Source of the DNA: Macrostomum lignano
Taxonomy: Eukaryota
Reading direction: 5' to 3'
Assembly: GCA_002269645.1 (NCBI GenBank)
Contig: NIVC01003005.1
Coordinates: forward strand, 62,001 to 126,000
DNA: 64,000 bases
Positions 51,061 to 63,017 of the stretch are shown in pieces. The notes beneath the pieces are model-generated. The model worked only from the letters and a program-made list of their open reading frames with translations. It was not told the DNA's origin and made no database searches. Made by a program: the position numbers and the translations under genes. Positions within the stretch are counted from its first letter, which is position 1; every line of letters starts with the position of its first letter.

Positions 51061-51660
51061 ATAAGAGAAGCATTAGCCAGCAAGAAGAAGTCAAAACGAT
51101 GGGGCAACAAGAAGCGAAAGCGAGCACAGAGCAGCGGCTCTATGTTTAACACAGTACTGCAAACCCGAGCAGACACGAGCAAGCACGCGGGAAAAGCCAT
51201 ATACGGAAATGCTAACAATAACCAAAAAAGAACAGAAAAAAAGCATTTTGACGTAAGCGGAATTAACGAGATTAGTTTATAGAGATAGGGGAGAGGAGGA
51301 CACGGGGTCAGGCTGTAACGGTCAGGCCTCTCTGAACTTAATCAATAAAATCAGCACAAAGGAAGAAATAAGAAAGCGCTCAGATGGCATGCATTGAAAT
51401 AAAAAGAATGAAACAAAATCCGTTTAATGCTACTGGCATATATTTTACTCAGTAGCTAAACGCGAATACAATTGTGTATAATTCTCCTCTATCTTTGCAC
51501 AAGCAAACAAATTTGAGAGATTTAAATAAATTATCATGCAGAATACAAACAATGAATGGATGAATTTACAAGCACACGCAAAATAAGACTGAATTTTCAA
51601 GTTGAAATACCTTGCGACTTTTGATTTTCAACTTCTCTATTTAAATTGAAAGTCTTAAAG

Positions 51661-51894
51661 GCTGCGTACGGCTGTTCAGTCCAGGGACTGGGGGTCACCA
51701 GGGGTCACCACACACACCCTTAATTACCCCAGCTAATGCTGGCACCCATTTTACAGCTGGGTGAACTGAAGCAATGCAGAGTTAAGCGTCTTGCTCAAGG
51801 ACACTAATTGTTCGAGTAGTAGGTGGAGAATCGAACCTCCGACCTTTCAGTCGTGAGCCCAACGCTCTAGCCACTAGGCTACAACCATCCCCCC
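51661..51894 (-). mobile_element. tRNA-headed CORE-type SINE copy 2 (full length)
   Basis: On -: GGGGGGATGGTTGTAGCCTAGTGG (A box) ... GGTTCGATTC (B box), then GTGTCCTTGAGCAAGACGCTTAACTCTGCATTGCTTCAGTTCACCCAGCTGTAAAATGGGTGCC, which resembles the MIR/CORE domain. Confidence 0.88.
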
Positions 51895-51930
51895 TAATTG
51901 GACAAGAAAGAAGTTGAAAACCAATAATCT

Positions 51931-52665
51931 CTAGCTACCGATATGTATCGAAAACAGCGTACAATCGTCACAGCTGATGCCTGTACCGGCACGAGGCGCC
52001 CCTGGTGCAGGCCCCCGGTTCCGGCCGCCGTGGAACCACATCCGGCAGACGCCTCTGGGCGGATGCTGGAACCGGGGATGATGCGGCAGCTGCACGTGAG
52101 GCGGCGGGTGGCTCTGCGCGAACGACGACCCAGATGAGGATGAAGGGCCGCCGCCGCGGCCGCGACCGGCGCCACGAAAAGGATGCGGCTGATGGTGATG
52201 ATGATGGTGATGGCCAGGGAATCCGAACGGAGGGCCTCCAGCGGCTGGAGGCGGCGGCGGAGGCGGCTGCTCAAAGTATTGAGGATTAGCCGCTGACGGT
52301 GGCGGCTGTATCGGCGGTTGCGAGGGTGGCCCCGAGGGGAACAGAGAGCGGAGCACCTGCGGGAACATGCCGCTAGCGGCCAGTTCGCCCCGCAGCGGCT
52401 CCAACAGCTGCCTGATCCTTTCCACTGTGAGGTCCTCAGACTGCGCGTGCAGGTCCGGATAGTGAGACTTAAGCAGATTCCACAGCATCTCTTTCACTGA
52501 GCTGCCGCTGCTTGAGGAAGCTGGGGCCGAGTCTGACGATGAAGCCGGCTGAGGCGGCTGTTGCTGAGGCAGCGGCGGCGGCTGTTGCTGGGGAGGCACT
52601 GAACTGCTTAAGCCGGGTGATGCCGCCGATATGCTGCTGGTAACCTGCTTCAGGATGTCCGCAAT
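51931..52665 (-). CDS. PPP1R10: PNUTS exon 3 (Pro/His/RGG-rich, terminal Cys/His finger-like)
   Basis: Acceptor ccaacAG|ATT GCG, phase 0. IADILKQV...HHHHHHH..RGAGRGRGG..CRMWF...CDDCTLFSIH*. Spliced total ~910 aa. Confidence 0.88.
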   Translation of the reverse strand: MADILKQVTSSISAASPGLSSSVPPQQQPPPLPQQQPPQPASSSDSAPASSSSGSSVKEMLWNLLKSHYPDLHAQSEDLTVERIRQLLEPLRGELAASGMFPQVLRSLFPSGPPSQPPIQPPPSAANPQYFEQPPPPPPPAAGGPPFGFPGHHHHHHHQPHPFRGAGRGRGGGPSSSSGSSFAQSHPPPHVQLPHHPRFQHPPRGVCRMWFHGGRNRGPAPGAPRAGTGISCDDCTLFSIHIGS

Positions 52666-52715
52666 CTGTTGGGTATAGACAGGTGCACATAGGTATATTT
52701 AGGGTCTGAGAAATT

Positions 52716-52799
52716 ACAGACAGACAGACAGACAGACAAACAAACAGACAAAGAGAGACAGACAGCCAGCCAGACAGACAGACAAACATACAAAAAGAC

Positions 52800-52832
<33 letters not shown>

Positions 52833-52962
52833 GAGACAGACAGACAGAAAGACAGAAAGACAGACAAACAGACACTAAGACACAGACAGACAGACAGACA
52901 GACAGACACACAGACAGGCAGACACTAAGACACAGACAGACAGACAAAGACAGACAGACAGC
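52716..52962. repeat. (CAGA)n microsatellite in PNUTS intron
   Basis: Direct observation. Confidence 0.95.
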
Positions 52963-52986
52963 CAATCAAAGCAGGGTGCCACTCAC

Positions 52987-53461
52987 CTCAGGCTTCAAGG
53001 AGATGCCGCCGCCACCCCCAGAGATGTCGCCAACAGCCAGCAGCTGATGACTGGCGGACTCAGTCGGCACCGCTGAAGTCGCTACTGCTGGCCCGTTGCT
53101 ACTAGAAGTAGCAGCAGAAATTGCAGACGTAGCCGCTACTATTGCAGCAGAACTCGCAGTGGTTATTGTTGCAGAAATTGGGGCGCCAGTAGACAGCGCA
53201 GAAGCAGCCGCCTCTGTGGCCGCCGCCGCATCGGAGGGGTCGCTGGTCTCAGCTGCCGCCTCGCCGCCAGAGGATGTCGGAGCCGCACTTGCCGAGGTCG
53301 CGTTCTCTAGGGGAATAATGATGGGCTCTTCGGCGTCGAAATGCTCAACATCCGGCTCGGTGGCGCTGGCGGGAGTGGTGTCCAAGCTGAAGTAAATCAC
53401 CTGCAGCATGGTCTCCTGCCGCTTGGCCTGCTTGGCCCGCTCCGTTGACTTTGCGCCCGAT
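52987..53461 (-). CDS. PPP1R10: PNUTS exon 2
   Basis: Acceptor ctaaccttcAG|A. RSGAKSTERAKQAKRQETMLQVIYF..TEPDVE matches the PNUTS S.E...Q..RE..L...PxEPD segment. Donor GAG|GTGAGT. Confidence 0.9.
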
Positions 53462-53494
53462 CTGAAGGTTAGGGATTTTCGGGGTGCCTATTTA

Positions 53495-53945
53495 GAATCC
53501 CACATCCTTTTCCTTATCTAGAATCCCACATCCTTTTCCTTATCTAGAATCCCACATCCTTTTCCTTATCTAGAATCCCACATCCTTTTCCTTATCTAGA
53601 ATCCCACATCCTCTTCCCCATCTAGAATCCCACATCCTTTTTCCTATCTAGAATCCCACATTCTCTTCCCCATCTAGAATCCCACATTCTCTTCCCCATC
53701 TAGAATCCCGCATTCTCTTCCCCATCTAGAATCCCACATTCTCTTCCCCATCTAGAATCCCACATCCTCTTCCCCATCTAGAATCCCACATTTTCTTCCC
53801 CATCTAAAATTCCACATCCTCATCCCGATTCAGAATCCCATCCTGCTCGCCACTCAGAATCCCATCCTGCTCGCCACTTAGAATCCCATCCTGCTCGCCA
53901 CTTAGAATCCCATCCAGCTCGCCACTCAGAATCCTATCCTATTCC
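53495..53945. repeat. 26-bp (TAGAATCCCACATCCTTTTCCTTATC) then 24-bp (AGAATCCCATCCTGCTCGCCACTC) arrays in PNUTS intron
   Basis: Direct observation. Confidence 0.93.
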
Positions 53946-53997
53946 AGACGAACTCGGACAGACCCATAAAAAGATAGAAAGAAGCCAGGTGGCGCAC

Positions 53998-55517
53998 CTA
54001 TACGAGGCTGTGTACTCAGGCATGCCGTGAATCCGGTGCGGCTTATACCACACAATAGCTTTAGCAACATCCGCTCCGAAGTCATCCGAACCGGAAGCGC
54101 CGCCTCGCCTGGCTCTGGTGAGCAACTCGCACTCGCGCTCGTGCTCCCGCCTGGCCATCTCCTCGACGCTGGAGCCGCTGGCATCGGCGCCGCCGGGAAG
54201 CTGCGGCGCTGACGAAATTGCCGACCGCCTCTCGGATGGGTCCAACTCAAAGTAAAAGACCTGCTCCAGAGCGTCGAAATGAGCCCAGGTGACTCGTTTT
54301 CGTTTGCTTTGCTGCTGTTGCTTTTGCGTCTGTTGCTCTTGAGCTTGCTCAGATTGCTTATCTTTCTGCTTCTTAGACTGGGCCTGGTTTGCACCGATTG
54401 GTTCAGCTGCGGCTTCCGGCTTCTCTGCTTTAACCGGCGCAGAAGCAGCAGACCCGTCCGAAACAGCAGACGGTGCTCGTTTTTTTCTAACAATTTTTGG
54501 CAAAGAGGACCGACAAACGCCGAATAGCGAGTCCATGAGGAACTGGGAGCCGTCGGTTGACACGCCAGCAGGCTTCGCTACTGCAGCAGAGGAAGGAGAG
54601 GTTGGAGACGGCTTGGACGGAGGGACAGCGATCGGGTCCGCTTCTAAAGAGCTCGTCGGCCGAACTTCGATAGACGAGTGAATGGACTCGAGGTCGTTCT
54701 GCTGCTCTAATCTGGCCCGTTTTGCAGGCTTGCCAGATGAGGCGGACGCGGCAGAAGAAGCCAATTCTCCAGATAACTGTTTCTGTTGTTTTCTTTTAGA
54801 TCCTGCCGGCTGCTGCTGGTCTTCAGACACCAACTCGTCCAAAGCCAGCAGGTTGGTATCGCGAAATGTTGCTGGCGCGGTTCTCACGGTGGAGGGCACC
54901 GACTGCTGGCGAACTGACTCGGCCTCTCTATCCGGCTTCTCTTTTTTAGACTTCTTCTTTTTCTCTTTTTTGTCTTTCTTCTTTTTCTGCCGGCTAGTCG
55001 AAGACGCGGCATCTTCTGAGATGTCGTCGCCGCTTTCCGGGGCGGTGGCCGCAACCGCAGCAGCGGCCTCCTGCTCTGCGGCAGCCTTGATGCAGGCCAG
55101 CCACCGCTCCACCACATTGGCAGCCAGCGGTGCCAGCTCCGAGTCAGCTGATTTGGCAATCTGCTTTACCACCTTGGCAGTGTTGTTGGCCTGCAGCATG
55201 TCAACGCCTACAGGCAAGCGGAGGAACACATCCAGCAAGAGTTTCTGCAAGGCGACGTTTGTTTCTGAGCAGGCTGTGTTAAGCCAATCATTGAGCATCT
55301 GCCAGCCGCCTTGACGGCAAAACTCTGATAGCAGGCTGGAGTCTTCGGTGATCTTCAATATGTTGAGCATGATAGCCTTGCTAACCAGCTTGCTGGCCCG
55401 TTGCATCACGGCGTGCAGCTTGGCGACGGAGTCGCGCGATCGAATACCGCCGCGGTCATCGATGAGGCCCTCGCGGGCCAGCTGTCTGAAGAATTCCAAA
55501 TGCTGGGCTTCCGATTC
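53998..55517 (-). CDS. PPP1R10: PNUTS / PP1 regulatory subunit 10, main coding exon (initiator codon unresolved)
   Basis: N-terminal TFIIS-N (LW) domain closely parallels human PNUTS (GGWQMLNDWL..LPVGVDMLQANNTAKVVKQIAK). PP1-docking motif KRKRVTW..LEQVFYFELD. Donor AG|GTGCGC, phase 2. Confidence 0.92.
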
Positions 55518-56596
55518 CTGCAATTTATTTGCGTTTAGATCGAGAATTTTTCATTATATATTCTATACTGGCCTACTTATAAACTTACTAAGTAGTGTAA
55601 ATAGAGTTTTATCTATTATTTAGCTAAATACAGAAAATCCATAGCTAGGTTAACAGATTCAGCAAAATGTCGGGACTATTTATCGAATTAAAAGCTACTA
55701 ATTTACATTCAGATAAATAGCAAATTTCAATCCGCGAATTAGTCCCAGACAGAACCATATTTTTTTATAATCTGGCACGCAATCTACTCCCGAACTTACT
55801 CCACAATGCTAACAGGAGTAACGGGTTTTAAGTTTTTTTTGCGTGCATATTCGTGGCTTCAATTCGTTAATATTTTACTTTTTTCTTGGCTTTAGAGCTT
55901 TACTGACAACAATAACATATTTTTATGTAATCACTATTTCATATTGGAAGACAAATTTATTTGAACTCATGGCACGCAGCCACAGCGTGTGTTGCAGCGG
56001 TGTGGAATGTTAAAACAAGCGGAAGCTCCCCGCCATTTTTGGTAGCGCGCGTTTATTCCTCATAAATCAATAAATATAGATTGATGCAATAATTATTGAT
56101 AAGAATATATAGTGTCACAGCTAGGTATATAAACTTTATAGTAGGCACCATTAGAAGTTTTTAAAAAAGTATTAATGAAAATGGAAGGCATCAGGAACTT
56201 TGATCCTGTGGTTTTTGCCAAGTTTAAATCGCGGATTAAATATGTACAAAGACACTGTACTTACTGATAGGGTTGTAAGTGTAAAACCCATCGTACATTA
56301 CAAACATTTACCAGTTCAGCATGATAGGAAGCAACAAATGTAAACAGTGAGCATGTATTAGGTTGGAATGTGATTATAAAAAAAATATACATTAGAAGCA
56401 AGATGCAAACAAACAAACTTAGTTGAACGAAATGAAACGTGATGTAATTTTGCTTTCAAAATTCCTTTTTTATATCAGATAGAAACGGTTAGGGTCATGA
56501 ACTACATGCTCAAATGTTGTTGCTGTTGTTTTCAAACTGACTTATTCTTTATAGTTCGTTGTAAACAAAACAAACTAGAAAAGTAGTCGCACAGAA

Positions 56597-56859
56597 TCAC
56601 GACACCAGCTTATCGGTGGTCAGCCAGATTGCAGCTAAGCCGGATGAAGCAGCGATCAGCAGCCACTTGGACCAGCTGGCAGCACTGAACAGCCCGCTAG
56701 CGCCATTACAGCCGTGCTTATTTTTGCAATGACAATAGCGCATCTTCACTCGCAGAGTGCCCAGCCGTTCGGTGCACCAGCGGCCCTCCTCTTGGCCAAT
56801 TTCGCCGTGCACCGCGCAGTCGCGAATGTACCGCCGATCCCAGGCGCCGTCGAAATAGG
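56597..56859 (-). CDS. qvr: Quiver-like protein, exon 3 (total 164 aa, 10 Cys, GPI signal)
   Basis: Acceptor cgccAG|CC. IRDCA..GRWCTERLGT..YCHCKNKHGCNGA then a hydrophobic C-terminus. Confidence 0.9.
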
Positions 56860-57039
56860 CTGGCGAGGGGGGGGGTTGCGGTCGGCGGGGTCACTGATTA
56901 ATACTAATTTGATTTCTATAAGTATATTGCACAACTGATGCTACGCAACTCTTACTTAAAGACGAGTGGCCCCTATAGATATGACATTCAACATTTTCTA
57001 GACATGAAATTCCTCAGTTCCAGACACAATCAGATCCCC

Positions 57040-57412
57040 CATTTGTAGACATCATGACATTTCTCATTTCTAGACATCATGACATTATCCATTTCTAGAC
57101 AAGACATTCCTCATTTCTAGACATCATGACATTATCCATTTTTAAACAAGACATTCCTCATTTCTAGACATCATGACATTATCCATTACTAGACAAGACA
57201 TTCCTCATTTCTAGACATCATAACATTATCCATTTCTAGACAAGACATTCCTCATTTCTAGACATCATAACATTATCCATTTCTAGACAAGACATTCCTC
57301 ATTTCTAGACATCATAACATTATCCATTTCTAGACAAGACATTCCTCATTTCTAGACATCATGACATTATCCATTTCTAGACAAGACATTCCTCATTTCT
57401 AGACATCATAAC
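57040..57412. repeat. 47-bp minisatellite in quiver-like intron 2
   Basis: Unit GACAAGACATTCCTCATTTCTAGACATCATGACATTATCCATTTCTA, period 47. Confidence 0.93.
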
Positions 57413-57977
57413 TGAAGTGACGGTTCGTTGGTTTGTGAACTGGCTAATTGTGTGGGATTTTTTTGCTTATAAATTTATTCCGTACTCTCTCCACTTATTC
57501 AGCCACTGGCATCAGTGAGATTCAATATTAAGAATATTTAAGCTATTGCTCTCATGTAGTGTGGAAAGGCGCTATTAGAGGCTTTGAGCTGGGGGAAAGA
57601 GCCGATAAATGAGCATTGGCTTTAAAAATACATTAAAATGCTTCCGTTTAACTTACTACTGAACTGAAAGTAGCTTGCACGCTAATGTGCTGAGTGGCCC
57701 ATTTTGTTTTTTTAGTATCTGTGATGTTTCATTAAGTAACTTTGACTATTCTACAAATATATCGCAGAATTCACACTCGTTATTAAAACACAATCAGTTC
57801 CTGACTTTCGAGTCACGTCAATGACATTACCCCAGTTCTAGACGTCTCATGACATTCCCAATTTATTGATACCATTACATTTCCCAGACATGAAATTTCG
57901 CATTTCTAGATAAGACATTGACTATTCTAGACATCATGACATTGCCCCTAACTAAGTTGTACAAAGCAGACACTTAC

Positions 57978-58127
57978 TCTCTTGAATAATTTTGCGACAC
58001 ATGGTGTAGTTCTTATCTCCGGGGCACGGCTCAATCAGTCTGGTCCGATTGTCAAAGAAGTCGGCACAGCGATGGTCCAGGAATGAGTTGCAGATGTAGC
58101 AGTGGAAGACTGTGTTGTTAGTCATGG
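57978..58127 (-). CDS. qvr: Quiver-like protein, exon 2
   Basis: Acceptor ccttatttAG|CC. CYICNSFLDHRC...C...CRKIIQE three-finger start. Donor A|GTAAGT. Confidence 0.9.
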
Positions 58128-60845
58128 CTAAATAAGGATTAAAAGAATTGAATAATTTGTATGACATTGCTGTATTAGTTTAGAATTAGTTATACACAAT
58201 TTGGCCTACAGTTTATATAATTTATAATCATGAGATTAGTTCCATATTTTTGTATATTGCTTCTCTGTAGTCTATAGTCAAAATGGCTTAAAATTAAATA
58301 TAGTTTGCATTAATAATATAATACAAATAAGCTACAAATGTACATAGAGGGCTATGGCCTAAGCTTGAAAAAATTGCACATTCATAAATTTGGGGTTAAA
58401 TTGGAATCATGGCCTGGGTCTGCTTGTACAACTAATTCCTTTGGGAGATAGCTCCCCAAGACACATGACTAATGATAATAAAGTTAAATCCATTATACAT
58501 GACCATGTGTATACATAAACAATACACATCTATGTACTTGCATGTCGATTTAAGGGAGCTGGAAATTTGGACAATGAATGCCTCTTGCCAGTTTGAAAAT
58601 TGTTGCTTAGAGTTTGCTTAAAGATCACTAGTCTCAAAAAAACAAAAATTTGTTAAACTCTTTCTTAGAAAAAATAAATTAAATGCCAATAAGCTATACT
58701 CTTGATAACATTTAAGTGGAAATGATAAAAATTAATACAAAAATATAAATTTAAAAATATGCATATATTTGCTATTATTAAAATTTTACCTTGTTCAAAT
58801 GTCAAATGTTCCAATTTGGTTTTTTAGCAAAGCAAATGATTATATGAAATCTCTGGAATTTAGGACTCAAATTGGTTGGGTGGTAAGGGCTAAAGTTAAT
58901 ATGAATGTTTTCACTTTTAAGGGGAGCTTAATTAGATCGCTAGGGTAGGGGACTGAGATGGGATTAGGATATTAGAGATAAAATATATGAGCTAAGATGA
59001 ATATTTTCATTTTGTGAGAGCCAAAGGGAGCTCTTAAGTCTCTAGAATTGGGGACTCAAGCAACAAAGACAGAAATTTTTGACACTATATGTTCATTAAT
59101 CAAGAGGTTCAAGTTAATATATGTTTTCACTTACAATACAAAGGGAGCTCTTAAGTCCCCAGGGACAAGGACTCAAACAAAATTTTTGACACCATATGCA
59201 AATGATTAGGATGATGAGGGGCTTAAGTTAAGATGAATGAATCCAATGGAGAAGCCCCCTAGCATCTATCACTATCAAAGAAGGCTAGATTGCAAAGGAA
59301 AGAAGGCTTCTTAGAAATCAACTAATGAGTAGGCCATTGCCCTTGCAGATCTTGGTAAGAATAAGAGATTTTGTTACTTTGGCTATTTAACAATATGAGA
59401 AAAGGAGAAAGGGAGAAAATAGTGAAAAGGGAAAAAAAGAAAGGAAAAAGGAAAGAAAGAAAGGAAATGGGGTGGAGAAAAGAGGAAAAAGATAAGAGGG
59501 GGAAGAAGGGCTAAAAAAGAATATTTGCCCTTGGCCTAGCCTATATAGTACCTGCAGCTTGAGCAGTACCTGCAGCTTGAGCAGTACCTGCAGCTTGAGC
59601 AGTACTAGCATTTTGTATAGTGGCTCAAAGTGCATCCTTGTATAAAATGTGGCATTAATAGAGATCTGACAAAATCTCAATCTCACAATTTGTATTGAAG
59701 ATTTTTTTCTTTATTGAATCTTGATCAAAGCTCATTTTTAAAAAGTGCCAAGAATCTAAGATATAAAATAAAGTAAAATAAAGAGCCCTAGGTTGAATAC
59801 AAATATTTTGAATACAATATAGATAACCTAGACCAATATAAACATATTGAATTTAAAAAAAAATCATATTAGTGCCAAAAAATCAACTTATTTTAGTTTT
59901 ACCCATACTAAGAGATTTAGCTAAGTGTTTGGAAAAATGATGCACCCCAAAAGTCTCATGTTTTTATGAATTAAAGATTGTGATTTTTAATAAAAGTGTA
60001 TAAAGTTTACTTTTGCTTTATGTATATAAAACATTATAGAAATGGAATTGGTATTTTAATTTTTAGCTTTGTTTTATTTGAATTAAATATCTTGAAGTCT
60101 CAATCAAATCTTGTATCATATCATCAAAGAAGTATTAAATCTCAAATCTTAAAAATTCAATATTGTCTAATCTCTAGGCATTAGTCTTCCTGTTTTAGAG
60201 TACTGAACACTCCAAACACCATATATAACATGACCACATAAATAGCATCCAGCTGCCTCTCTAATGTGTTATACTAAATATAGAAAGTTTATTAGCTATG
60301 GCTACAAATATAGATATAGGAAAAATTTGAGTATAATTTAATAATGCAAACTTCCTAATGAAAGTGTTCTGTGTCAGCATTTACCATGGCTACTCAAACT
60401 TTTCTATTTGTTTTTTCTGTTCTTAGTCATATATTTGAAGTATATAATAAAACTTTATGCATTATATATTTTTATATTAATTTAAAAACTCAAAACTCTT
60501 TTATCACTAAACTAATTTTTATCAATAAGCATTTGTTTAATGATGACTTATATAGTTAAAATGTGTTATTTTTGGATTACAGTTGTTTTGGTAACAAAAC
60601 TTTTTGGTGATAGTAATTGTGGTTACAAGCAGAAAATTATTTGCTAATCATAATTGATATAAAACCTAAATTTCAGATACTTCTAAAATTGTAAAATATT
60701 TTTATTTAATTTTGCTTATTTATTTTTTATAGAGTTGCAATGTTTCAAATTTGTATTTTTCCAAATCTAAGATATATAGTATATTTCTCTGTCAGTCATG
60801 ACTTTTGTCTATGTAGACTATGCTTTTTTCAAAGTTAGCATTTCA

Positions 60846-62072
60846 CAGTGTTCACAATACTCAAAAAAGTATAGGTGAAAACTGATACTCCAATACCCTT
60901 TCTGAAAAAAAGTATTGTCAATACCTGAAAGTCTAATACCTAAATTTGAGTATTGGTAATACCCTAATTCAGATATCTGGTTTTTGCAAAAAGAATGCTT
61001 AATGAACATAGATACATATAATTTAAGCCTTTCAGACCTTTTCCTAGATTTTTATGGTGAATAAAGCAAGCTTAGCATTGTTTTAAATCACGAAGCCTTT
61101 AGTAAAACAAATAAAATAAAAAGTAACAAATGAAAACCAACAGTTGCAATTGCCACTATAGTCAATCATTAACTATTTACTAGCCTCTATAGTCATTTTT
61201 CTTTATGCCTATCAGCACTGTCATTGTTTTAGTATAGTGCAACAACCTGTCAGTCTGCAATTGGTGCACCTGTAGGCTTAACCTCAGCCTTTTTTTTGGT
61301 TTGAGCACACTTACATGTATACCAGACCAAATGCTTTAAGCTGAGATAGATACTTTAAAGCCTTACCTTAGATTAGGCAACACATCACCCCTCTACTCTT
61401 TATACATGTAAACCTAAGTAAATTGCGTTACTTCTCTTCCCTTTACTCAACTTGGCCTCCCAATATATACTTCCAAAATAGTAGATATATTTATTTATTG
61501 CTGTATGCATGTAGACATACACATATGTTTGTATATGTACATATCATTTACTAAATTGCTTGTGTTACTAGTGTAACATTAGTGTATTTGCTATTGAAGA
61601 AATTGTAGAATCAATTGGCAATCAGTGACTGATAGTGTTATAGAACTTGCAGTATGATATTTGACTAAATAATATCATTTTAATGATAATTACTAATTAT
61701 TATAAGCTAATTAATAAAGCATGTATAAGTGCAAGCTATTTTAAAAAGTTTAAAAAACTTGCTTTAAGATTGGAAATATTAATTATTTTAGCTTTATTGA
61801 CCTAAAACTGAAGTATTTATCATTATTTTCTATAAAATTATGCAACTATTTCATTCTTTTTAACAAAATTTTGATTGATTGCATATTCAAAATTTTAAAA
61901 GTATTAGACTATTGCATATTGTGAAAAGTTGAAAACTGTATTGGAAGTTACCAAAGTCCAATACCATAAAAAGTATTGACTTTCAATACTCTGATACCCA
62001 AAAAGTATTGCCAATAGTATTGGAATATTGGAGTATTAGAGTATTGGAATATCAGAATTGTGCCCAACACTG
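60846..62072. mobile_element. Non-autonomous hAT-type element, ~1.2 kb, in quiver-like intron 1
   Basis: Ends CAGTGTT---CACAATAC and (reverse complement) CAGTGTTGGGCACAATTC. TSD GCATTTCA / GCATTTTA (7/8). Subterminal AATAC/GTATT clusters at both ends. Confidence 0.75.
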
Positions 62073-62935
62073 GCATTTTATGATGAGGATCCTTGAATAT
62101 GTTTATAGTTGTGTCTAAATATTTTAAGATATTTCAAAATGATCTATACAAAAAACAATAATCAATATAATTATTTTTTTAAATTTCTTAAATACAATAA
62201 CCCCCTACAAATATAAGTATTAAAGCTTTTGATGGATTTTTAAATATATATTTACAAAATTAATCTTAATGAAACCTACAAACTACTATTTATAATGCTT
62301 CCCATCATTAAAATGACTATTATAGACATTGAATCTTCATTTTTTACAAAAGGTTGTGTGTCTGTCACAAAAGAAACTTATGACCAAAATGACTTGTCAC
62401 TGAAATGACTGGCACCCATCACTTTTGCATTAAAAAGGATTACAAAATAATGTTGATCTTGTCATTTATTACTTTATAAGATAGGTCTACAAAGTTTTAT
62501 AAATTGTATATTACTTGACCAGTTTTCAAAAGGTGTCTTTGTACTCATGCAAATGAGATTTATCTAATAAATAAAAAATACTTAAAACTATAAGTAACTT
62601 TCAAAATCTATTTGGAGCCCAAGATCTAAGACCAAATGAGTATTTATATTATTAGGCTTATTATTAAGTCTAGTAATATGCTCTATGACTACAGGAACTT
62701 TTACAACTTTTTAAAGTCCTTAATTTTTTCAACTCACTAAAATCGCTAAGTAACATAGAGATTTTGATATATGACAAAATTGCTATTGCTTCTGTACTAG
62801 CCTAAAATTTGAATTAAAAAATGCAACTACAAGGCAACAAATAGTTTGACCTCTTAACTTTTTGATAAAAATATTTCGGTGTCTAGTACCTTGTAAGCAA
62901 TACTGATTTTTAATAGTGGTATGCAGAAAACTTAC

Positions 62936-63017
62936 ATGGAATTCCCGATCCAATTCTAATTTGTGCTTGTGCAGACGAGGCTGCGAGCATGACTCCTACA
63001 AAAACAAGCCAAAACAT
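62936..63017 (-). CDS. qvr: Quiver/sleepless-like Ly6/uPAR GPI-anchored protein, exon 1 (signal peptide)
   Basis: ATG at 63017 with in-frame TAA upstream, MFWLVFVGVMLAASSAQAQIRIGSGIP. Donor T|GTAAGT, phase 1. Confidence 0.8.
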
